Assembly: GCF_001194135.2 (NCBI RefSeq)
Contig: NC_069009.1
Coordinates: forward strand, 9,255,882 to 9,300,113
Length of the DNA stretch: 44,232 bases
From: Octopus bimaculoides
Lineage: Eukaryota
Direction of reading: 5' to 3'
Shown here one piece after another: positions 11,158-23,953 of the stretch. How positions within the stretch are numbered: position 1 is the stretch's first letter; each line of letters starts with the position of its first letter. The notes under the pieces are model-generated. The model ran no database searches. It saw only the letters and a program-made list of their open reading frames with translations, and had not been told where the DNA came from. The position numbers were made by a program, and so were the translations under genes.

Positions 11158-11546
11158 TGAGAAGACCCGGCAAGCCAAGTAAGATCGTTGCCCCTGCCCC
11201 TGGACTGGCTCTTGTGCGGGTGGCACATGAGATGCACCATTTCGAGCATGGCCGTTGCCAGTACCGCCTGACTGGCTCCCATAGTATTTTCGAGCGAGAT
11301 CGTTGCCAGTGCCCCTGGACTGGCTTGTGCGGGTGGCACATAAAAGACACCATTTCGAGCGTGGCCGTTTTCGTGCGGGTGACACGTAAAAGCACCCACT
11401 ACACTCTCTGAGTGGTTGGCGTTAGGAAGGGCATCCAGCTGTAGAAACTCTGCCAAATTAGACTGGAGCCTGGTGTTGCCATCCGGTTTCACCAGTCCTC
11501 AGTCAAATCGTCCAACCCATGCTAGCATGGAAAGCGGACGTTAAAC

Positions 11547-11579
<33 letters not shown>
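11158..11579 (+). mobile_element. RTE LINE 3-prime end with (GAT)n tail, apparently young
   Basis: Nearly identical to 27090-27511. Ends ggaaagcggacgttaaac(gat)n. Confidence 0.9.
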
Positions 11580-11824
11580 ATACAATATTATATGATCTTA
11601 GCAATCAGTTTTGCATAAAACTGATTCCTAAGATCAGTCATGATGGACATATAATACTGTACTTTTCAGATAATATTCCCACTCTATCAACAGATATGCA
11701 AATGCATCTTTTCCTTGACTTATGGACTGTTACATGACTCATGTTTATATATATAAATAGATATATATAGATATATATATATATAATCTAACGAATAGAA
11801 GATAAAGAAAATTCTTTAACATGC

Positions 11825-12800
11825 AGTCATGGCTGTGACTGTGTGGTAAGAAGCTTGCTTCTCAACCACATAGTTCCGGGTTCAGTTCCACAGCATGGCA
11901 CCTCGGGCAAGTGTCTTCTACTGTAGCTTCAAGCTGACCAAAGCCTTGTAATTTGATTTAGTAGACAGAAGCTGAAAGAAGCCCATCATGTGTGTATATC
12001 ATCATCATCATCATTGTTTAACATCCGCTTTCCATGCTGGTATGGGTTGGATGATTTGACTGAGGACTGGCGAACCAGGTGGCTGCACCAGGCTCCAATC
12101 TGATCTGACAGAGTTTCTACAGATGGATGCCCTTCCTAACGCCAACCACTCCAAAAGCGTAGTGGGTGCTTTTAGAGGGCCAGTCAGGCGGTACTGGCAA
12201 TGGCCAGGCTCAAAATGGTGTTTTTTACGTGCCACCTGCACAGGAGCCTGTCCAGCAGCACTGGCAACGACCTCGCTTGAATATTTTTTCACATGTCACC
12301 GGCACAAGTGCCAGTAAGGTGACGCTGGAAACAATCATGCTTGAATGGAGCCTTTTATGTGCCACCGGCATGGAAGCCAGTCAGCTGCTCTGGCAACGAT
12401 CATACTCGGATGGTGCTTTTAGCGCTCCACTAGCACAGATGCCAGTCATCGAATTTGATTTCGATTTTACTTGCCCCAACAGGTCTTCGCAAGCAGAGTT
12501 TAGCGTCCAATGAAGGAAAGGTACGCGTAAGTGGGCTGGTTATACCCCTGGCATAGGCCACGGGTTATGGTCTCACTTGGCTTGCTGGGCCTTCTCAAGC
12601 ACAGCATATTTCCAAAGGTCATACATATATACATGTGTGTGTGTGTGTAACTATGTGCGTATGTCTTTGTGCCTGTGTTTGTCCCCACCTCCAATTGACA
12701 ACCAATGTTGGTGTGTTTACATCCCCATAACTTAGTTGTTCAGCAAAGAGACCAATAGAATATGCACTATGCTTTAAAAAATAAGTCCTCAAGTTGATTT
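11825..12800. mobile_element. SINE A (+, 11825-12000), RTE 3-prime end (-, 12001-12620) and SINE B (+, about 12640-12800): probably an RTE inserted into the internal microsatellite of a composite SINE
   Basis: The module order A-[RTE]-B matches the intact A-microsatellite-B architecture. Confidence 0.7.
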
Positions 12801-13504
12801 GTTTTATAGTATATATAGTATAGACACGTACATGGAACCTTATGTGCGCGCTTGTGAATGTGTGCATGTGTGTGGGTACGTGCGTATATAGATGTATGCG
12901 CATATTAGATACATTTTAACCTTATAGCTTTCCCACACTTTCTTCTGTTTTTGCTTTTACCCCTATAAAATTTTTTATGCGTGTGTGTGTATGGGTGCAT
13001 GGTTGTGTGCGTGTGTGTGTATGGGTGCATGGTTGTGTGAGTGTGGGTGTGTATGTGGGTATATATATGTATAGCTTTTGGCGAGTATGTGAGTGAGCAT
13101 GTGTGTTTCAAGCGAGGGTGGTTTAGTATATAAATATAGGCGAATGTACAGATTGGTGCACTTACACGAACGCTATAGACTTCTCTACTCCCTTACTTTT
13201 ACCCCCTCCCCTCACTTAGCGGCCTATAGCTATTTTGTCTTAATGACGGTGAACCACACAGTAATTTCCCTTTGTTTAACGGTCATTTTTCACAGGAATT
13301 TTCAATGGCCGGATAACTGAAGAGATGTTGGCGTGGGCTCCTACCCCGGCATCCGAAACTCGGAGTTTTATCATGGCTACCGAATTAGTGTCACATATTT
13401 ATATATATATATATGTATAGAGTGTTAGAAGTGGTGTACAGATACTGTATATTGACGAAAATGAAGGTCGCCAGAATTTGGGAAAAAATGTTTTTTATTT
13501 ATTC

Positions 13505-13597
13505 ACTAGCAGAAATACCCGGCGTTGCCCGGGTTAAAGAGAATAATGAAATCTAAAAACGCTGTCTAGACTATGCATCATCTTTATATATAGAGAT
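13505..13597 (+). mobile_element. Short Helitron/HINE-like element
   Basis: Starts ACTAG with the hairpin CCCGGCGTTGCCCGGG and ends ttttatatatagagat-like. Confidence 0.6.
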
Positions 13598-14369
13598 GTA
13601 TATACACACACGCACCCAAACACGTATATATATGTATATCAATATAAATATATGAAAGTCAATGAAGTTTCGTAAAAGAAGGTGATCATGTNNNNNNNNN
13701 NNNNNNNNNNNNNNNNNNNNNNNNNNNNNNNNNNNNNNNNNNNNNNNNNNNNNNNNNNNNNNNNNNNNNNNNNNNNNNNNNNNNNNNNNNNNNNNNNNNN
13801 NNNNNNNNNNNNNNNNNNNNNNNNNNNNNNNNNNNNNNNNNNNNNNNNNNNNNNNNNNNNNNNNNNNNNNNNNNNNNNNNNNNNNNNNNNNNNNNNNNNN
13901 NNNNNNNNNNNNNNNNNNNNNNNNNNNNNNNNNNNNNNNNNNNNNNNNNNNNNNNNNNNNNNNNNNNNNNNNNNNNNNNNNNNNNNNNNNNNNNNNNNNN
14001 NNNNNNNNNNNNNNNNNNNNNNNNNNNNNNNNNNNNNNNNNNNNNNNNNNNNNNNNNNNNNNNNNNNNNNNNNNNNNNNNNNNNNNNNNNNNNNNNNNNN
14101 NNNNNNNNNNNNNNNNNNNNNNNNNNNNNNNNNNNNNNNNNNNNNNNNNNNNNNNNNNNNNNNNNNNNNNNNNNNNNNAAATGGTGTACATATACATCTC
14201 TCTCTCTCTCTTTCTCTCTTCCTCTCTCTGTGAAAGTATCTGTCATTACAGTATCGAAATGTGATTGTTTCAGTTAGTGGAATAGTTTCATTTTTAAAGT
14301 GAAAGTATTTGACATGAGTGTTTTTGTTTCACTTTTGACACGTAATACTTAAATAGTGGAGGAGATATT

Positions 14370-14551
14370 ATGTTGCCGTGTGCTCGAACTCTGCAAGTAG
14401 TTAAATTTTTTTTTGACTAAAACACAACTGGAACCCTAAGTAAGGCATCTGTAAAATTTGAATGAAGTTGGTTGCGTAGTTCTCAAGTTTTAGGGATTCA
14501 CACAGACAGACAGACAGACACACACACATTCTCGTTTTTATATATATAGAT
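14370..14551 (+). mobile_element. Helitron/HINE-like 3-prime end
   Basis: aaaatttgaatgaagttggttgcgtagttctcaag...(CAGA)n...ttttatatatatagat, the layout of Lep1/DINE-type ends. Confidence 0.6.
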
Positions 14552-15077
14552 TATTATTAATGCTTTTTCTTTGTTTTTCGAACTTGTCAAATAAGACTGT
14601 GTATGTACAAACAGGTTGTTCATTTATGTGAAACAGATGTTTCTTTGTTTTGTTTAGAAGAAAACATTGTTTTTTGGGGTGAGGTTGGAGGACAATGGAG
14701 ATAGATAGATAGAAAGATAGACAGACAGGCAGGCAGGCAGGTAGGTAGGTAGTGAGAGGGAGGAGGGAGGGTATCCCTTTCAATTTGACATGTATTCACC
14801 ATTTATTTATTTATTTAGTCATTTACCATTGTATTAACATGGGTTCAAGGATGGTGACCTCCAATTTGTCAGTCCTAGGATGGGAAAAATAATTGTGTGC
14901 GTATGTATGCCTGTGAGTTCATGTGTTTGGAAACATGTCTATGTCTACATTGTGTAATTTCAATGTTTTGCATTGAAAAATAAAGTCAGGTTTCTTTTAA
15001 TCTCATGTTTTTGCATGAAAGAAACATTAGTACAATACTTACAAATTAGAAAAATAAAACCCAATGTTATAGAGATG

Positions 15078-15675
15078 ATTATCATCATCATCATCACTGT
15101 CGTTTAACGTCCGCTTTCCATGCTAGCATGGGTTGGACGATTTGACTGAGGACTGGCAAGCCAGAAGGCTGCACCAGACTCTAATCTGATCTGGCAGAGT
15201 TTCTACAGCTGGATGCCCTTCCTAACGCCAACCACTCCGAGAGTGTAGTGGGTGCTTTTACATGCCACGGGTACGAGGGTCAGTCACACGGTACTGGCAA
15301 CGGCCACACTCAAAAAGGTGTTTTTTATGTGCCACCTGCACGGGAGCCAATCGAGCGGCACTGGCAATGACCTCGCTCGAATGATTTTCTAATGTGCCAC
15401 CAGCACAAGTGCTAGAAGGCGACGCTGGTAACGATTACGCTCAAATGGTGCTATTTATGGGCTACTAGCACAGAAGCCAGACAGCTGCTCTGGCAACGAA
15501 CATGCTCAGACAGTGCTGTTAGTGCTCCACTGGCACAGGTGCCAGTCATCGAGTATGGTTCAATTACGATTTTGATTTCAAATGCCCCAACAGGTCTTCA
15601 CAAGTAGAGTTTAGTGTCCAATGAAGGGAAGGTTGGCATGGGTGCCAGTCATCGGATTTGGTTCGATTTTGAATT
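15078..15675 (-). mobile_element. RTE LINE 3-prime end
   Basis: (cat)n-gtttaacgtccgctttccatgctagc...ggatgcccttcctaacgccaaccactcc. Confidence 0.88.
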
Positions 15676-16192
15676 CAGATTTCAGATTTCAAATTGCAAG
15701 CAGAAACAACAGTAATGGTGTATTTCTTTTCTTTCCTTAAGGTGTCTTTCATTTTCATGTTTTACATGAACAAACAATATTTACAAACTAGAAAAATATG
15801 TAAAGTTAGAATATCCCAATGTTTTATATATATACACATACCTTAATATTTATTTGTTATGTCATGCTTTGTATTAAAAAATAAGCTATAAATATAGTCC
15901 AATCGATGTGTTTGTTAATCTGAGGCTTTCTCCATTTTCTGATTATTTGTATTGTTTCCTGATAAACTCTTGCTTATCCTGTTGTTACTTGCATTCTACG
16001 TGTATGCTATGCCTGCACACCAATACCCGGGGATAACATGGGTGACAGATACCAATAGTACATACAGGTATTCTATCCCTTAGTTGGTTTTTATAAACAC
16101 TAACTCTGTTTACACTTGACATATCTTGTCCCCATGTTGCTTATATATTGTTCAGTATGTATCAACCATTAGTATACATACATATACATATG

Positions 16193-16194
<2 letters not shown>

Positions 16195-16228
<34 letters not shown>

Positions 16229-17700
16229 TATCATTTAACGTCCGCTTTCCATACTAGCATGGGTTGGACGGTTTGACCAAGGTCTGGAAAGCCAGGAGGC
16301 TGCACCAGGCTCCAGCCTGATCTGGCAGTGTTTCTACAGCTGGATGCCCTCCCTAATGCCAACCACTCTGTGAGTGTAGTGGGTGCCTTATACGTGCCAC
16401 CGGCTCAGAGGCCAGAGGAAGCCGGCAACGGCCACAATCGGTTGGTGCTTTTTACGTGCCACTGGCACGGAAGCCAGTCAAGGCGGTGCTGGCATCGGCC
16501 ACATTTGGATAGTGCTTTTTACGTGCCACTGGCACGGGTATCACAACTACAATTTCCATTTGATTTTCATTTTNNNNNNNNNNNNNNNNNNNNNNNNNNN
16601 NNNNNNNNNNNNNNNNNNNNNNNNNNNNNNNNNNNNNNNNNNNNNNNNNNNNNNNNNNNNNNNNNNNNNNNNNNNNNNNNNNNNNNNNNNNNNNNNNNNN
16701 NNNNNNNNNNNNNNNNNNNNNNNNNNNNNNNNNNNNNNNNNNNNNNNNNNNNNNNNNNNNNNNNNNNNNNNNNNNNNNNNNNNNNNNNNNNNNNNNNNNN
16801 NNNNNNNNNNNNNNNNNNNNNNNNNNNNNNNNNNNNNNNNNNNNNNNNNNNNNNNNNNNNNNNNNNNNNNNNNNNNNNNNNNNNNNNNNNNNNNNNNNNN
16901 NNNNNNNNNNNNNNNNNNNNNNNNNNNNNNNNNNNNNNNNNNNNNNNNNNNNNNNNNNNNNNNNNNNNNNNNNNNNNNNNNNNNNNNNNNNNNNNNNNNN
17001 NNNNNNNNNNNNNNNNNNNNNNNNNNNNNNNNNNNNNNNNNNNNNNNNNNNNNNNNNNNNNNNNNNNNNNNNNNNNNNNNNNNNNNNNNNNNNNNNNNNN
17101 NNNNNNNNNNNNNNNNNNNNNNNNNNNNNNNNNNNNNNNNNNNNNNNNNNNNNNNNNNNNNNNNNNNNNNNNNNNNNNNNNNNNNNNNNNNNNNNNNNNN
17201 NNNNNNNNNNNNNNNNNNNNNNNNNNNNNNNNNNNNNNNNNNNNNNNNNNNNNNNNNGTGAAGCATGGCAGTTTGCACACATGCATCATACAATCTACTT
17301 TTCACTCTGAGTGAGAGGCCCTTTGTCACCAGTAGGGGTAGAAGCTTTCTAAACTATTCTTATTCTAGTGGTAACACTCTCTGAGCATCCACCCCTACTA
17401 CTACCTTGGTCACCTAGGTAGCGGAAGCTATCCACTACTTCTAGTTCCTCTCCCTGGAATGTGATGGAATCTGTTTCCTGAGCATCTGTGGTGTTTATTG
17501 CCCCTGTGCATCTGCCGCACATGAAAGCTATCTTCTCAGTTAATCTTCCTTTGATGTTGCTGCACCTCTTATGTGTCCATAGCTTACACTGGGTACATCT
17601 TATAGAGTTTCTACCTCCACCTTTCCTACAGATCAAGTAGGCCCACCTACCTGAGGGTGTGTGTGATGTGTTCGCCTTCCTCCTTACTAGAACTTTGGTC
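16195..17700 (-). mobile_element. 5-prime-truncated RTE LINE spanning gap 16574-17257, with RT C-terminal half including a C4HC3 finger
   Basis: The minus strand reads AKTKVLV...LICRKGGGRNSIRCTQCKLWTHKRC...FMCGRC...EVVDSFRYLGD...LLVTKGLSLRVKSRLYDAC. The 3-prime UTR and (CAT)n lie left of the gap. Confidence 0.88.
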
Positions 17701-17759
17701 TTTGCTACATATATATACTGATAACTTCAATAGGTAGTAAAATGAATATTATCGGTAAA

Positions 17760-18990
17760 ATGAAGAAAATTTTGATTGACCCATCCCTAAGGGACACACC
17801 AATTCCTCCTAAGAACACTTACCTCAAAGAACTCATTTCTAAATTTACTGATTTCACCCATAGAATTCATTAGATAGCCAACCACTATGACAGAAGGCTT
17901 GGAAAAACTCCTCTTGATACGAGTACTATTGCCACAGCCAACACCAATATCAACAATAATATGGACAATAAGGATTTTACCACGAGAATTTTCAGAACTA
18001 AGAAAATGCTGCCGCTGAATAGTCACCTTGAAGCTTTTGAAAATGAACTCTGGTCTTTAATTAAGGACATTAAGTTCAAGAACGATCCCCTTAGGCACAA
18101 TAAGTACCAAAGGAACTTATCCACGAAGAAACTACTGGTAAACCAGGAGATAAAATCTGGTACATAATCCCTTTTGCAATGCTAATAAGGATGGACTTAG
18201 CTAAGTAATTATTGAATGTTGTAAATAGACATTTTGATAAGAATGATAGGTATTTTAAATTTATATATAGAACAATAAATATTCTTGAGGGAAGGACAGT
18301 TAGACTGGCTGACCGAGGTGGATTCGGTTATGCTTTCAGACCTGTGTCGGTGTGGAATGTTACTAGTCCATGCTTACACAGTTTGCTAGCATAGTCAAAT
18401 TTACTACTGGAATACAGTATTGATGAAGGAAATTGATTATTATCAATCATGATCCAGGAACGCGTCTACTGTTAAACATCGGAATTGGTTAGTTTTCATT
18501 GTTTTTTCTTCTTGTTTTTGCCTTTGTGAGTTACAAGTGATGCTATCTGTGGGATTCTCAGCTTTTTTAGCTGCTATTTCTGAACTTCGGTATATGGTGA
18601 AGCAAATATTTGCTGATCCCTTAATTATATTTATAAATATAGAACAATAAGGATAGGTTATAGCCTTACACATAATTTAGGGAGCGTTATATCCTCCCTG
18701 AATAATAAAAACTTAGATACTTTCTACTCAAATAGAAACAAAAATAGCAACAACAGTGGTATTAATAGGAACAATAACAATGCACACCACTGCAACCTTA
18801 TTACAGAATACACTCAGAACCAAAATAACCACTTTAACCTCAATAGACCTAATCCTACCCCCACTAGGAAGCAACTCCCCACCACAGCATAATCTATGTG
18901 ACTGTAGGAACAGGAATAATTGTGCCTTCAGTAACACCTGTAGAATTAAGGACATAATTTACCAATGTACAGTTCCTTCATGTATGTTAT
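17760..18990 (+). mobile_element. Rearranged Penelope-like element (Naiad-like), partial tandem
   Basis: N-terminus PSLRDTPIPPKNTYLKELISK...HLEAFENELWSLIKDIKF, linker LLNVVNRHFDKNDRYFKFIYRTI, second unit RTIRIGYSLTHNLGSVISSLN, and GIY-YIG start CDCRNRNNCAFSNTCRIKDIIYQCTV. The RT is deleted. Confidence 0.85.
18414..18472 (+). ncRNA. Degenerate minimal type I hammerhead ribozyme within the PLE
   Basis: Stem I acagta/tactgt, core tTGATGA, stem II gga..tcc with an inner hairpin, gGAAC, palindromic ACGCGT, and a GUC triplet. Two core substitutions. Confidence 0.65.
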
Positions 18991-20366
18991 GACGTTAAGC
19001 TGCTGAAGGACATAAGTGGCCCCACACCACTTATATCATTATCTTTGCGCCCGGGCCCTTTATCTTTTCTTGTTTATTTTTCTAGAAATATCCATTGTAA
19101 TGGTTTTAACTTGTGACCTAAGTCCAAATTGTAACTGACCAATTGTAGAGACTGCTGGACTTAGACTTGCCCCTTGTGGACCATAGGCCAGATTTTCAGT
19201 AATATTTTCTGTGAGTAAACTTCCTTAAGCACCCTACGGTAATGTTTTGGATGCATTTACTTGGGTTTACTTTGTTAACATAGGTACTGCCCTTTGATAA
19301 TCATGTTAGTAAGTTTCCTTATATATATATTTTTTTTGATAACTTCCTTTCTTAAATTTTAAAACATCTCCCCCCACTTAAATTGAAACTACCCGTAAAT
19401 AAATTGTAGTATTCCCTAGAGCATTACTAGCTCACTCTTTTACCTACCATTTTCTGATTATTTGTATTGTTTCCTGATAAACTCTTGTTTATCCTGTTGT
19501 TAACTGCATTCTACGTATATGCTGTGCCTGTACACCAATGCACGGGGATAACCCTGTCACCCATGCATACCAGCCACCCCTCTCCATGCTACCAATATTA
19601 TCCAAGCGAAAGGCAAAGGCTGATACAGCTTGGCACCAGTAACGTCACAACTCATTTCTACGGCTGAGTGAACTGGAGCAATGTGAAATAAAGTGTCTTG
19701 CTCAAGAGACTTGAAATTTTGCAGCCCGGTCTGGGAATCAAACTCACTACCTCATGATTGTGAGCCTGACACTTTAACCACTGAGCTATGCGCCTTCACT
19801 TATACATATGTATTTATAAACTTGCTGTTAACAAAAGTCAGGAAATGAAATACTACAAAATATACACATAGGACAGACACAGAGGGAGCATAATTCTTCA
19901 TTAGTCATCAACCAAAATACTAATACTCAGTTTCGTGCCTTAACTATAAGACTGAGAGCTTCGTATATTGGTGGCACCTGCAAGATTTGTGTCGAATTAG
20001 GGCTTGAACAAAAAAGACAATACAGGGTGGACGTACGAAAGTAAACAAATGTAATTTAAAATGAAAGACAAAGACAATAAATAAAGCCTTTCAGCCAAAC
20101 ATGAGAGTGATGGATAATACCTAGAAAAAATCCTCAAATGGATATAAAAAAGAGAATTAGTAAGAGAGGAGAAAAAGTTGACCAGCATGCTAGGTGTCCA
20201 GTGGTGAAAAGGCAGAGATAAGAGAATTAGTCATGGGTCACATATATATATATATATATATATATATACTTAATCATATCAAAGGGAAATGGAAATTAAT
20301 AAAAATTTTCACCTCCAAGTGGCCTATCGTATAAAAGTTTAGTCCAAAGACTATGAATTACTCATA

Positions 20367-20503
20367 AGGTACACTGTATATTTAAATACATAATTAGGGA
20401 TAAAATTCCCTAATTTTTGTGGTTCTGGGACCTAGCTGTTCTTTCTAGCGTAAAGAATCCCATGAGTGGATTCCTCTTATGTATTTAAATATACACTGTA
20501 CCT
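20367..20503. mobile_element. Small MITE with about 27-bp TIRs (AGG...CCT termini, Kolobok-like)
   Basis: taaggtacactgtatatttaaatacataa and ttatgtatttaaatatacactgtacctta are inverted copies. Confidence 0.7.
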
Positions 20504-20523
20504 TATATATATAGATATATATA

Positions 20524-20915
20524 GTATTTTGAAATAATAGCATGAAATTCAATATCAAACAAAATTTCTCACAAAGATATATATGTCTAAAATAGTATTG
20601 TATTAAAAATAAATATAAATATATGAAACATGACAGCTTAAAAATTTGTTAATTATTGCATCTTACGATCGTTTCACGAAAATATTGTCATTATAATGGA
20701 ATCCATTGTTAATACTTCTGCTCTTCAACAATGGATTCCATTATAATGATAATATTTTCGTGAAACGATTGTAAGATGCAATAATTAACAATTTTTTAAG
20801 CTGTCATGTTTCATATATTTATATATATATTTTTAATACAATACTATTTTAGACATATATATCTTCGTGAGAAATTTTGCTTGATATTGAATTTCATGCC
20901 ATTATTTCAAAATAC
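20524..20915. repeat. Foldback inverted repeat with arms of about 188 bp and a 16-nt spacer (probable Tc1/mariner-type MITE)
   Basis: Arms 20524-20710 and 20727-20915 pair almost throughout. The spacer is aatacttctgctcttc. Confidence 0.92.
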
Positions 20916-21054
20916 AGTATACAAAATCATCCGTGTTAATGTCTAAATACCTTATAGTATTAATATTTTTGGCATTTTATACAAAGAGCACTCATTATAA
21001 ATTCAGTGTATAATATTCTAACAGAATATATTTAATTAATGATATATATATATC

Positions 21055-21990
21055 ATCATCATCATCATCATCATCAAATGTTTTGTTCACGTGCCACCGG
21101 CACAAGTGCCTATATATAATCATATAATCATCATTTAACATCCATTTTTCCATGGTTGGCAGATTTTCTATGGTCAGATATCCTTCCTCCCACCAACCCT
21201 CACCTGATTCCAAGTAAAGTAATATCTCCCCATGACCAGACATAAGTCTCGAGATGAATAACCTTGTTTATATGAAGATGATGCCCATTCACAACCATCA
21301 AATGTCTAGACAAGGATACACACACACACACACACACACATACATAATAGTATATAGATACATACATGACAGGCATCTTTGAATTTCTGTACTCAAAATT
21401 CATTCGCAAGGCTTTGGTTGGTTCAAGGCTAAAGTAGAGACACATGCCCCAGGTGCTACACTGAGACTGAACCCAAGACCATATGGCTGGGAAGCAATCT
21501 TCTTAACCGTGTAGTAGGAATATTCAATGATCACCCAATATCACAATTTGCTAGAATATTAGTCGTGGTCAATGCCAGTGCCATCCAATCATAGTCATGG
21601 CCAATGCTAATACCATTTAATTGGCACCCATACCAGTGCACATAAAAAGCACCATTTGAGCGTTTGGCCTCATGGAAGCAGTCGTAGGTGACCAAGACCT
21701 TTGGCAATATACCATGCCTGTATAGACCTGTCAAGCCAAGTGAGACCGTTGTCATGGCCGATGCACACGTCAGGTCAATGGCACTTGTGCTGGTGACATG
21801 TAAAGAACACCCACTACACTCTCAAAGTAGTTGGCGTTAGGAAGGGCATCCAGCCATAAAAACCTTGCCAAATCAGATTGGAACCTGATGCAGCGCACCC
21901 CCACCCACCTTACTCGTTTTCAGTCAACCTATCCAACCCATGCCAGCATGAAAAGCAGACATTAAATGGTGATGACGATGATGATGATTA
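21055..21990. mobile_element. Cluster: RTE-tailed repeat (-, about 21130-21310), SINE A (-, 21360-21515), RTE 3-prime end (+, 21565-21990)
   Basis: Shared RTE-tail and SINE A motifs, diverged. Confidence 0.7.
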
Positions 21991-22849
21991 CTCATGTGAT
22001 CAACAAAATCTAATCAATCACAACTTGCGCCAAATAAACTCCAGCAAGGATTTTTGTTTGGTGTGTTTCCTTCTTAGCCTATTGACCAGTATAAACTTGG
22101 TACACCATGACCACTTGACCGAGAGCTTTGGGATGCAACAGAGAGAGCATTGACAGACACTGTAAGGATTCGCCAACAGAGACAGCAGACAGCAGCTGAC
22201 CAGACAAGGGCAGTGAACAGTCAGAGATTGAATGACATTAGAAGTTGGTAACCAACAAGCAACTAATCATACTTTATCTGTTGCTACAACTACATCAAGC
22301 ACAAAAACTCTCTCAACATTTTGATGTTTGTTGTAAAAGCATTCATTTTTTTTCTTTCTTTTTTGCATATGGAAAGACTAAATTGTTTATCAAAATCTCA
22401 ACAGACTCCAGCATTACTTTCTGTACATCAACATAGCCATGCTTGTACCTATATATATATTGTGTATGTGTACTGAGCTGTTATCGGTGGGATCAACAAA
22501 ACAATGCATTCCATTCATCTATCCAAGATATAAATGTGAGTTATATAAGTTTAATACTCTGACAGTACAATAGTCAGACAAGCTTGTATAGCATGCCCTG
22601 TACTTGACTGCAATCTTTCAAGTCCAGAATACAACATGGCCACTCTGTTAGAGAAAGCGAGAAAGAATGAGACAAAAAACTAGATGGGAAAAGGAAACAA
22701 GAAAAAGACATATGGCAGGAAGGGAGATAAGAGTTGTGTCCCTTTGGTCCATTAGAACAAAAATTGACAATGGTTTTTGTGATTAATTCAAGTAAGAAAG
22801 GTTAAAGTTTGTGAGACTGTATAGCCAATCCGCTGTGAAAGAACATGGC

Positions 22850-23428
22850 TTTATACTTGAGGTATTTGGCTTACGATCATAGGGGCATGCATTTGATTCC
22901 TGGCAGTGTATAAAACTGTTACTCCAGTCCACTCGGTTTCTTTCAGTTTCCATCTACCAAATCCACTCACAAGACTTTGGTCAGTCCGAGGCCATAGTAG
23001 AAGACACTTGCCCAAGGTTCCCTGCATGTGGTTGGGAAACAAACTTCTTACCACACATCCACGCCTGTGCCTTATATATATACATGTGTGTGTATAGCGT
23101 TGCATTCTAGCACTTGTGCTGGTGGCATGTTAGAAAATCATTCGAGCGAGGTTGTTGCCAGTGCCGCTGGACTGGCTCCCGTGCAGTTGGCACGTAAAAA
23201 ACACTTTCTTGAGCATGGCCGTTGCCAGTACCGTGTGACTGGCCCTCGTGCCAGTGGCACGTAAAAGCACCCACTACACTCTTGGAGTGGTTGGCTTTAG
23301 GAAGGGCATCCAGGTGTAGAAACTCTGCCAGATCAGATTGGAGCCTGGTGCAGCCATCTGGTTTGTCAGTCCTCACTCAAATTGTCCAACCTATGCTAGC
23401 ATGGAAATCGGACGTTAAATGATGATGA

Positions 23429-23432
<4 letters not shown>
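22850..23432. mobile_element. SINE A (-, about 22850-23070) followed by an RTE 3-prime end (+, 23105-23432)
   Basis: Motif matches to the other copies. Confidence 0.8.
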
Positions 23433-23467
<35 letters not shown>

Positions 23468-23921
23468 NNNNNNNNNNNNNNNNNNNNNNNNNNNNNNNNN
23501 NNNNNNNNNNNNNNNNNNNNNNNNNNNNNNNNNNNNNNNNNNNNNNNNNNNNNNNNNNNNNNNNNNNNNNNNNNNNNNNNNNNNNNNNNNNNNNNNNNNN
23601 NNNNNNNNNNNNNNNNNNNNNNNNNNNNNNNNNNNNNNNNNNNNNNNNNNNNNNNNNNNNNNNNNNNNNNNNNNNNNNNNNNNNNNNNNNNNNNNNNNNN
23701 NNNNNNNNNNNNNNNNNNNNNNNNNNNNNNNNNNNNNNNNNNNNNNNNNNNNNNNNNNNNNNNNNNNNNNNNNNNNNNNNNNNNNNNNNNNNNNNNNNNN
23801 NNNNNNNNNNNNNNNNNNNNNNNNNNNNNNNNNNNNNNNNNNNNNNNNNNNNNNNNNNNNNNNNNNNNNNNNNNNNNNNNNNNNNNNNNNNNNNNNNNNN
23901 NNNNNNNNNNNNNNNNNNNNN

Positions 23922-23953
<32 letters not shown>

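Noticed and set aside
18890-18990. Selenocysteine (UGA) recoding as reported for some Naiad elements
   Set aside because: All Cys positions in the GIY-YIG-proximal cluster are TGT codons, with no in-frame TGA at those sites.
19895-19970. Third hammerhead (minus strand, cgaaac and ttgatga)
   Set aside because: The motifs are in the wrong order for type I and I can find no convincing stems.
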